A stretch of DNA of 22,948 bases from an uncultured Planctomycetaceae bacterium (GTDB lineage Bacteria > Planctomycetota > Planctomycetia > Pirellulales > Thermoguttaceae), in assembly GCA_964438165.1 (NCBI GenBank), contig CAYTJV010000045.1, positions 1 through 22,948 on the forward strand, in the 5' to 3' direction. The notes beneath the pieces are model-generated. The model did no database searches. It was not told where the DNA came from and saw only the letters and a list, made by a program, of their open reading frames with translations. A program made the position numbers and the translations under genes. Shown piece after piece: positions 8,851 through 14,987 of this stretch; position 1 is the stretch's first letter; each line of letters starts with the position of its first letter.

Positions 8851-9441
8851 CTACGGCTCCCTGCGCATTTCTTCCTCGATCCGCCGCAGCCCGTCGGAGA
8901 TCTGTCCGTCGTCGCCGGAGGCCTCGTCGGCAGCGGCCTCGGTGACCATCTGGTGGGCCAGTTCGCCGAGCTTCCGCTCGTCGAGATCGCGGGCGTCGAA
9001 GAGACTGCCGGCACTGGTTTCCATGGCCACCGAGAGGACTTCTTCGAGGGCCTCCGACTTCTCCACGGCGCGGGCCATTTTGGCCTGCACGTCGGCCACT
9101 TGCTCCGGCGTGGCGCCGCGGAGGATCGAGTTGGTCATCGCCAAAATGCTCTTCAGAAAATCGCCGGTGGCGGCGACCTCGTCGCGGCGCACGCCGAGCG
9201 TCTCCAGTTGCAGCAAGTACCGCTCCCAGCGGCTGACGTGCTCGCGAGCGCGCAGGACCGCCGCGGCCAGTTGCTCGAATTGCTCGCGGTCGCCCAGGCG
9301 GAGGGCCTGCTTGCCCAGTTGCCAGTAGCGCTGCTGCACCTCGCGGGCACTGCGCATGAACCGCTGGATGCGCGTGATCCCCTGGCGGATTTGGATTTTC
9401 GCCTCCAGCTCCCGCTGCTGCCTCGATTTGAACAGTCCCAT
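8851..9441 (-). CDS. ESCRT-III/CHMP/PspA-superfamily-like coiled-coil protein
   Basis: 197 aa from the internal Met. The N-terminus MGLFKSRQQRELEAKIQ… resembles eukaryotic CHMP (MGLFGK…) and PspA (MGIFSRF…) N-termini. The protein is predicted all-helical and charged. The acidic C-terminus ends in an MIM-like stretch, SDGLRRIEEEMRR. The ORF-track upstream extension translates the intergenic hairpin and was rejected. Confidence 0.55.
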   Translation of the reverse strand: MGLFKSRQQRELEAKIQIRQGITRIQRFMRSAREVQQRYWQLGKQALRLGDREQFEQLAAAVLRAREHVSRWERYLLQLETLGVRRDEVAATGDFLKSILAMTNSILRGATPEQVADVQAKMARAVEKSEALEEVLSVAMETSAGSLFDARDLDERKLGELAHQMVTEAAADEASGDDGQISDGLRRIEEEMRREP

Positions 9442-9463
9442 GGTCCGGTCATCTCCGATCCTT

Positions 9464-9524
9464 AGTAGCAGGCACACTCCGTGTGCCGTCCGCCGGCTAC
9501 GGCACACGGAGTGTGCCTACTACT
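9464..9524. promoter_or_regulatory. Nested-palindrome hairpin. The arms AGTAGCAGGCACACTCCGTGTGCCGT / ACGGCACACGGAGTGTGCCTACTACT are separated by 9 nt, and each arm carries a 17-bp self-palindrome GGCACAC-NNN-GTGTGCC. It spans the stop codon of the AAA ATPase and the 5' leader of the ESCRT-III-like gene.
   Basis: Read directly from the sequence. The ORF track shows the mirrored peptide TAHGVCLLL on both strands. Confidence 0.5.
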
Positions 9525-10683
9525 TTGCGCACAACGACTCATACCGCTTCAAGGTCTCCGGCGGCGTATCGGGCCGCAGTTTGGCCAGCGCCGACTCGAA
9601 GTCGTCCCAGCGGAGCGGGCGCGTGGCAAGCTGGTACTTGCTCAGATCGGCGTCGCCGCGGGCGACCCGCTCGACGAGCTTCGGGTTGGCGTCGCCGATC
9701 ATCGTTTCCACGGCCACGGCGGCCAGGTGGGCGAGCTGCCGACCGCTCAGCCCCTCCGACCGCGCCACGAGGCTCTCCAAAGGGAAGCTCAGCGTGTGTC
9801 CCCTCCGCGTCAAATGAATTTCCAGGATTTGCCGTCGAGCAGCAGGATCGGGAAGGGGCACGTAAACGCGGCGTCCGAAACGGCTCAGCGCCGCCGGGTC
9901 CATGAGCCAGGGGGTGTTGGTCGCGCCCAGGGTGAACACGGGCGGGCCGTCTCCGCTGGCAGCGACCCCGCTCAGCTCGGCCAAGAGCGTGGAGAGGACC
10001 TGGCGCTCGGCAGCGCCGGAGGAAAGCTCTCGCGAAGCGAACAGGGCATCGAGCTCGTCGATGAAGACCAGCGAGGGGGCCCGCTGGCGCGCGACCGCGT
10101 AGAGCGTGGCAACCAGCCGGGCCGATTCGCCAAACCACTTGGAGAGCACGGCCGCCGCGCCGACGTTGAAGAACGTGGCGCCCAGCCCGCGGGAAGCGGC
10201 CGCCGCCAGGAGCGACTTGCCCGTCCCCGGCGGACCGAACAACAGGATGTTGCGAATCGGGTCGATCCGCACGCCGGGCGGTTTCTCGGCCACGGCCAGC
10301 CCAAAGGCCAACTGGATCTGCCGCTTCGTCTCCTCCAGGCCGCCGATGTCCTCCCATCCCACCGCGGCCCGCATGATGAGGGCCTCGACCTGGCCTCGGA
10401 GCTCCTGGTCGCCAGACGCGGGTTGTGGGATTGGGCCGGACGGCGGCGCAGGTCGTTGCTCCGAGAGGCGCTGAGCGAGGCTTTCCAGGTTGCGTACACG
10501 GGCCGTTCGCCGCGATCGTTCGGCGGGGCTGACCGCGTACTGGGCATACGCCCGTGCCAGCCCCGCCGCCTCGCGGTAGACGGAGGCGGCTCGTCCCGCC
10601 TCCCCGCCGGCGCGAAGCTCATCGGCCCGCCGGAGGGTCTTGCGAAGCGACTCGTCGATGCTGCGGCTCAAGTCAACGTTCAT
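9520..10683 (-). CDS. Vps4-like AAA+ ATPase (MIT-like N-terminal domain plus a meiotic-clade AAA domain)
   Basis: The start is taken at MNVDLSRS, with GAGAGGAG immediately upstream. The N-terminal ~75 aa form a three-helix MIT-like pattern (SIDESLRKTLRRADELRAGGEAGRAASVYREAAGLARAYAQYA…RSRRTARVRNLESLAQRL) that aligns by eye with the yeast and human Vps4 MIT domain. Walker A is GPPGTGKS and Walker B is LVFIDELD. The meiotic-clade signature ATNTPWLMDPAALSRFGRRVYVPLPD matches the Vps4 stretch ATNIPW.LD.A.RRRFE.RIYIPLPD. The C-terminal helix …DFESALAKLRPDTPPETLKRY is Vps4-like. Confidence 0.75.
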   Translation of the reverse strand: MNVDLSRSIDESLRKTLRRADELRAGGEAGRAASVYREAAGLARAYAQYAVSPAERSRRTARVRNLESLAQRLSEQRPAPPSGPIPQPASGDQELRGQVEALIMRAAVGWEDIGGLEETKRQIQLAFGLAVAEKPPGVRIDPIRNILLFGPPGTGKSLLAAAASRGLGATFFNVGAAAVLSKWFGESARLVATLYAVARQRAPSLVFIDELDALFASRELSSGAAERQVLSTLLAELSGVAASGDGPPVFTLGATNTPWLMDPAALSRFGRRVYVPLPDPAARRQILEIHLTRRGHTLSFPLESLVARSEGLSGRQLAHLAAVAVETMIGDANPKLVERVARGDADLSKYQLATRPLRWDDFESALAKLRPDTPPETLKRYESLCAK

Positions 10684-10694
10684 CGCACTCCTCT

Positions 10695-10773
10695 CGTAGC
10701 TTGGCTCTCCAGAGCCGAGCAAATACGGTCAACATCGCGGAAAAATCGCTCGGCTCTGGAGAGCCAAGCTACG
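10695..10773. promoter_or_regulatory. Nested-palindrome hairpin. The arms CGTAGCTTGGCTCTCCAGAGCCGAGC … GCTCGGCTCTGGAGAGCCAAGCTACG have a ~28-nt loop, and each arm contains the self-palindrome GGCTCT-CC-AGAGCC. It occupies the junction between the Snf7-like stop and the ATPase ribosome-binding site and start.
   Basis: Read directly from the sequence. It has the same two-level palindrome architecture as 9464-9524 and 755-817. Confidence 0.5.
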
Positions 10774-11380
10774 GAGAGAGGACCTTTTCGACGCGCTGGG
10801 CCGCCTCGGCAACGCCCTCCGGCCGGCCGGCTTCTTCGGCGGCGCGGGCGTCTTCCATGGCGGCGACGATGGCTGCCAGGTCGGCATCCGGCTCGGCCTG
10901 CTCCGCGGCCTGCACCGCACCGTCCAGGGAGCCCAGCAGGCTGGTGAACTTCTCCATCTCGAACTGGCCTGCCACGGAGGCCCGCTCGACGTAGGCCGTC
11001 AGCTCCTCGACCGACATTCGAGAGATCACCGAGCCGACTGTGAGCTGCTGCAAGAGCGACATATTCTCCTTGATCTGCAAGAGCCCGTCGACGATCCGCA
11101 GGTGCTTGTGGAAGAACGCGAGCTGCTGGCCTTTGGCGCGGGCGGCGCTATCGAGCTGCTTGATCTTCCGCGCCAGGGCCAGCCGCTGCCGCGAGCTCGG
11201 GTCGTCCTTGCCCTTCATGAATGACTCGTGTTTGCGGGCTTCCAGCTCGTCGGTCTCGCGGCTGACGCGCCGCTCCAACTGCTCCAGGCGGATCTTTTCG
11301 TGCTTCAGCTCGTCGATCGTGAGCCGGTCGATGCCCTTGGGGCTGCCCAGCAAATTCCGCAGACGGTCAAGCAGCAACAT
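10769..11380 (-). CDS. Snf7/ESCRT-III-like coiled-coil protein (first gene of the operon)
   Basis: 203 aa, with a GGAG ribosome-binding site 7 nt before the ATG. The protein is all-helical and charged, with a heptad-like …KIRLEQLERRVSRETDELEARKHESFMKGKDD…RQRLALARKIKQLDSAARAKGQQLAFFHKHLRIVDGLLQI… that resembles Snf7/CHMP4 core helices. The C-terminal tail is acidic. This is weaker than the call for the downstream MGLF protein. Confidence 0.45.
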   Translation of the reverse strand: MLLLDRLRNLLGSPKGIDRLTIDELKHEKIRLEQLERRVSRETDELEARKHESFMKGKDDPSSRQRLALARKIKQLDSAARAKGQQLAFFHKHLRIVDGLLQIKENMSLLQQLTVGSVISRMSVEELTAYVERASVAGQFEMEKFTSLLGSLDGAVQAAEQAEPDADLAAIVAAMEDARAAEEAGRPEGVAEAAQRVEKVLSP

Positions 11381-11400
11381 CGCAACGCTCCTGCATCCGC

Positions 11401-11433
11401 AAACTTCCGAAGTCTTCGAGACTTCGGAAGTTT
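11401..11433. repeat. Copy 2 of the 33-bp palindromic element (AAACTTCCGAAGTCTTCGAGACTTCGGAAGTTT), lying between the kinase stop (11436) and the Snf7-like start (11380)
   Basis: An exact core match to copy 3 and the reverse-complement orientation of copy 1. It is followed by TTTTG on the plus strand. Confidence 0.85.
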
Positions 11434-11435
11434 TG

Positions 11436-13721
11436 TTACCCCTTCTTATACAACACCGTGCCGACGTCTTTCATCGACTCGCAGACGCACAGGCCCTCGG
11501 CCGCGAGGATGCGGCAGACCTGGTCCGCTGCCTTGCGGCTGATCCCCAGTTGCTCCACGAGCGTCGCCAGGGCAATCGAAGCGTGCTCGGCGAAATGCCG
11601 CCCGATCCATTGCCGCGCCCGCTCCAGCACGGCCGCGCTGACGTCGGCAGAGAACGCCTCGCGCCATGCCGCCAGACGCTCATCCGTTTCCGCCCAGCGG
11701 AAACGCGCTCGATCGCGGTCGTAGAGCACGACGCTCACCAGCCGGTCGCGGAAGGGCCGCGGCCCCGCGCCGCTGGCCATCTGGAGGGCCTCGTCCGTCC
11801 ATCCGGTCGGGCTGGCGAGGATGACCAAACGCCACGTTTTTTCGTCGGCCGCCTGGCGCGCGATCCGATTGAGCAACGACTCCAGTTCCGTCGCGGCGAC
11901 CGGCTGATCGTCGTAACCTTCGGCGGCGAAGCGGCCGGCGTGCAGCACGCTTCGGGCCTCGACCACCACGCGGGCCGTGGTTTTCCACAGCCCGCGCTGC
12001 CGCACCTCGTACACCATTCGGTCCCCCGACGGGCCGTGAATTCCCGCACGGCGCGACGCGTCCGACACGGCCCCGGCCGCGCTCGAGTCGTCATCCGCGG
12101 CCCTTCGGGTGCGCCGCTGGGAAAAGTCGCCCACGGAAATCACGGCCTGCCGCACCGGGTCCACCACCTCGGAGACCTCCGCGAGCGCGTTCTCCACGAC
12201 ACGGAAAAACGTCTCCTCGGCCAATTCCGCATCCGCAGCGGAAACGGCGGGCAGGGTGGCGGCCTGCGCGGGGGCTGGCTTCTGCTCGACCACTTCGGCA
12301 GGATCGCGGGGCAAGTCGCGGGCAACCGGCGGCGGGCTGGCCGCTGGCGCCGCATGCGCGCGGCAGCGCCGCACCTTCCCCGCTCGCCAACAGGCAGAGC
12401 ATATCGATGCCCCGCAGACCTCGCAGGTCCCCGCACTGCTGAGCTTTGAGAGCATGGGCTTGCCGCACGCCGCGCAGCGGTCGAACGACGCATTCCCACT
12501 CGGCCGTCCCGCCTCAACGGCGCGAACTCGCTGTTCGGGCACTCCGGGAGTCTGAAGCGGCAGGGTGGCATCGTGTCCGGCCAGGTACGCGTCGATGGCC
12601 TGAATGAAGTCCTCGGCCGTCTGGTACCGCTGCTGACGCTCGCGCGCCATGGCGCGGCGGATCATGTCGCCCAGCCGGCGCGGCACCGCGGGGTTGAGCT
12701 GGCAGGCGTCGGGCGGATCCTCCTCGCGGATCCGCCGGATCACGACGTACGGATCCGATCCCGCAAACGGCACCGCCCCCACGAGCATCTCGAACAGCAT
12801 CGTCCCCACGGAGAACAAGTCGCTCCGGCCGTCGAGGTCGCGCGTCCCGGCAGCCTGCTCAGGCGACATGTAGCTCGGGCTCCCCAGGACGGTTCCCTCC
12901 ATGGTCTGTTGGCAGGCATCGGCCATGCCGCGGGCCAGCCCGAAGTCGGCCAGCTTCGCCGTCCCCGTGGCGTCTTCCAGGATCACGTTGCCCGGCTTGA
13001 CGTCGCGATGGATCACGCCTTGCGCGTGCGCGTGGCCCAGGCCGGCGAGGACCTGGCGACACAGGGCCAGCGCCGCCGGCGGGTCGAGGCGGCCCTCTTC
13101 GGCGATCCGCGAGGCCAGCGAGCGGCCCTCGACGTACTCCATGTCGATATAGGGCATATCGTTCTCGATCCCCACCGAGTGTACCGCCACCACGCTCGGG
13201 TGCTTGAGTTTGGCCGCGGCGCGGGCCTCGCGGAGAAAGCGTTCGCGGGCTTCGGGGTCGTGGAGCCGCGAGGGGGCCATGAGCTTGAGGGCCACGGTCC
13301 GCTGGAGCGTTCGGTCGACGGCCTGGAGCACGACGCCCATCGCCCCCATGCCCACCAGCGCGATCACGTCGTAGGAGCCTAAGCTGGCGATGTACTTCGG
13401 GTCTTGGGGCAAGTCCAACAACAGGCCGCCGGCCACGACAACCCGGTCGCCGCGGACCTCCACGTGCGGAAATCGTGGGAAGTGCGCGGCGCGGATGGCC
13501 TCGAAATCGGCGTCGTGGGCCGGAGCGTCCTGGCCGATCAAGGCGGCCAGCTCGTCGGTCGGCCCCATGGCCTCGTCGAAGCGCTTTCGGCAAAGGGCGC
13601 AGCCGTCGAGGTGTTTCTGCACCTGGGCCTCTTCGTAAGCCCTGGCCAGTCCGGCCGCCACGCGGGTCAGGACGTCGGGTGAGGGGCACTGCGGGGAATG
13701 AGCCGACTGGGGTTCAGACAT
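11436..13721 (-). CDS. Fusion of an anti-sigma factor (ZAS motif) with a Hanks-type Ser/Thr protein kinase, plus a C-terminal zinc-ribbon and unknown domain
   Basis: The start is taken at MSEPQS…, 2 nt after the sigma-factor stop. The N-terminus carries HLDGCALC (an H-x3-C-x2-C zinc anti-sigma motif). Kinase motifs are ALKLM, HRDVKPGNVIL, DFGLAR and SPSYMSPEQ. A later CAACG…CEVCGASICSAC forms a zinc ribbon. The C-terminal ~250 aa are of unknown family. Confidence 0.8.
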   Translation of the reverse strand: MSEPQSAHSPQCPSPDVLTRVAAGLARAYEEAQVQKHLDGCALCRKRFDEAMGPTDELAALIGQDAPAHDADFEAIRAAHFPRFPHVEVRGDRVVVAGGLLLDLPQDPKYIASLGSYDVIALVGMGAMGVVLQAVDRTLQRTVALKLMAPSRLHDPEARERFLREARAAAKLKHPSVVAVHSVGIENDMPYIDMEYVEGRSLASRIAEEGRLDPPAALALCRQVLAGLGHAHAQGVIHRDVKPGNVILEDATGTAKLADFGLARGMADACQQTMEGTVLGSPSYMSPEQAAGTRDLDGRSDLFSVGTMLFEMLVGAVPFAGSDPYVVIRRIREEDPPDACQLNPAVPRRLGDMIRRAMARERQQRYQTAEDFIQAIDAYLAGHDATLPLQTPGVPEQRVRAVEAGRPSGNASFDRCAACGKPMLSKLSSAGTCEVCGASICSACWRAGKVRRCRAHAAPAASPPPVARDLPRDPAEVVEQKPAPAQAATLPAVSAADAELAEETFFRVVENALAEVSEVVDPVRQAVISVGDFSQRRTRRAADDDSSAAGAVSDASRRAGIHGPSGDRMVYEVRQRGLWKTTARVVVEARSVLHAGRFAAEGYDDQPVAATELESLLNRIARQAADEKTWRLVILASPTGWTDEALQMASGAGPRPFRDRLVSVVLYDRDRARFRWAETDERLAAWREAFSADVSAAVLERARQWIGRHFAEHASIALATLVEQLGISRKAADQVCRILAAEGLCVCESMKDVGTVLYKKG

Positions 13722-14301
13722 CGATCTGCTCCACCGCTTCACGGAGCTTGGCCAGCACGCGCGACTTGCCCACGTACACGTTGCCGACGGTCGTCTGCAA
13801 TTGTTCCGCAACCGTTTCCGGCGGGATCCCGTTGAGCACCGAGCGGCGGAAGGCCTCCCACGTGAGCGGCTGCACGGCCGCGCGCACCCGCTTCATGGCG
13901 ATCTCCAACACCCGGCGCCGATGCTCCTCCTCCACCCACGCCTCCACGGCCTGGCCGGAATCGGCAATCCCGGCGACGATCCGAACGTTGTCCGACCCGC
14001 CCGGCGCCGACGGCTTGCGGGCCTGTCCGTGGAAGTGGCGATACGCGCGGTGGCGGGCGACCGTGCTGAGCCAAGCGCGGAACGACTTGCTCGGATCGTA
14101 CTCGAACGGCTTGCGCGCGATGCGGTTCATCACGATCTGCATCACATCCTGCTGCAAGTCGAGGGCGTCCTGGTACGCCACGCCCATCCGCAACAGGACC
14201 CGCAACACCAGCGGCCCATACAACTCCACGAACTCCTGCCAACTCGCCTGGTCGCCGAGATTCCGCACGCGCAACAAGAGACTGGGCCGAGTTCTTTCCA
14301 C
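13714..14301 (-). CDS. ECF (group IV sigma-70) RNA polymerase sigma factor
   Basis: Region 2 and region 4 motifs read …RPSLLLRVRNLGDQASWQEFVELYGPLVLRVLLRMG…DLQQDVMQIVMNRI… and …VLEIAMKRVRAAVQPLTWEAFRRSVLNGIPPETVAEQLQTTVGNVYVGKSRVLAKLRE. The start is proposed at GTG 14301 (VERTRPSLL, with GGAAGG 8 nt upstream). An in-frame ATG at 14463 would add an Arg/Cys/Gly-rich leader and is less likely. The gene is translationally coupled to the kinase gene. Confidence 0.7.
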   Translation of the reverse strand: MERTRPSLLLRVRNLGDQASWQEFVELYGPLVLRVLLRMGVAYQDALDLQQDVMQIVMNRIARKPFEYDPSKSFRAWLSTVARHRAYRHFHGQARKPSAPGGSDNVRIVAGIADSGQAVEAWVEEEHRRRVLEIAMKRVRAAVQPLTWEAFRRSVLNGIPPETVAEQLQTTVGNVYVGKSRVLAKLREAVEQIDV

Positions 14302-14684
14302 CCCGGGCGCCTTCCAGCCGTTCGGGCGAGTTGCTCTCAGAGGCTGCCCGGAAACGGGGCCGGGCCCCCTACATCGTGTGCGAGGTCGAGCCCCGACACA
14401 CAACCGGGAGCCAGTCCCCGTTTCCGAACCGTCTCTCACTTCCTTCCCGCAAAGCGCGATCATTCTAACCGACCCAGACCTGTATTTGCAGGGGGTGCGT
14501 TCACCTGCCGCTTCCGCGTCGGCACGTTCCGAAGAGCCATGCAACGATGACTAGCCCGGGAAGTGAAGAATCTTACACGAAAAACCTGGGAATGGCGTGG
14601 GAGCGGACTGCCCCCAGCGGCCGAGGAGCGGCAAGACAGGGGGGAGGCGAGACGCCGCCAAGCCAGAAGCAAGGAATCGCTCGC

Positions 14685-14963
14685 TCAGCGCTTTGATTTG
14701 CCGCGAGAAGATCGATACTTTTCGCTTAGCGCCCGGCGATTGAGGAAATGTGCGAACCAGGGGAGCGGGCCGAAGGACTTGGCTCTTTCCTTGTGGGCCG
14801 CGCCGAACAAGGGAAATGCGACCGCACCCAAAGCCCCGGCCGCGGCGCCAATCAACAGGCCCGACACCGCGCCCATGCCCGCGCTCAGGTACAACAGGAT
14901 CAGCCATCCTCCCAGAAGGATCGATCCGATCGTGATGACCACCTTGTTGTCGCTTTCGTCCAT
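14685..14963 (-). CDS. Small glycine-zipper membrane protein
   Basis: 92 aa, with GAGGAG 6 nt before the ATG, overlapping the end of the upstream kinase gene. Two TM segments are rich in GxxxG/A (ITIGSILLGGWLILLYLSAGMGAVSGLLIGAAAGALGAVAFPLFGAA), followed by a basic tail. It resembles the YeaQ/YmgE/transglycosylase-associated small-protein style, but the family is uncertain. Confidence 0.5.
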   Translation of the reverse strand: MDESDNKVVITIGSILLGGWLILLYLSAGMGAVSGLLIGAAAGALGAVAFPLFGAAHKERAKSFGPLPWFAHFLNRRALSEKYRSSRGKSKR

Positions 14964-14987
14964 CGCTTGGTCTCCTCGCGGTCCTGT

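Noticed and set aside
9481-10947. A 488-aa plus-strand ORF and the overlapping 9539-10357 and 9972-10622 minus-frame ORFs
   Set aside because: They overlap the AAA ATPase gene, whose frame carries unambiguous Walker A/B and second-region-of-homology motifs. The alternatives are Arg/Pro-rich shadow frames.
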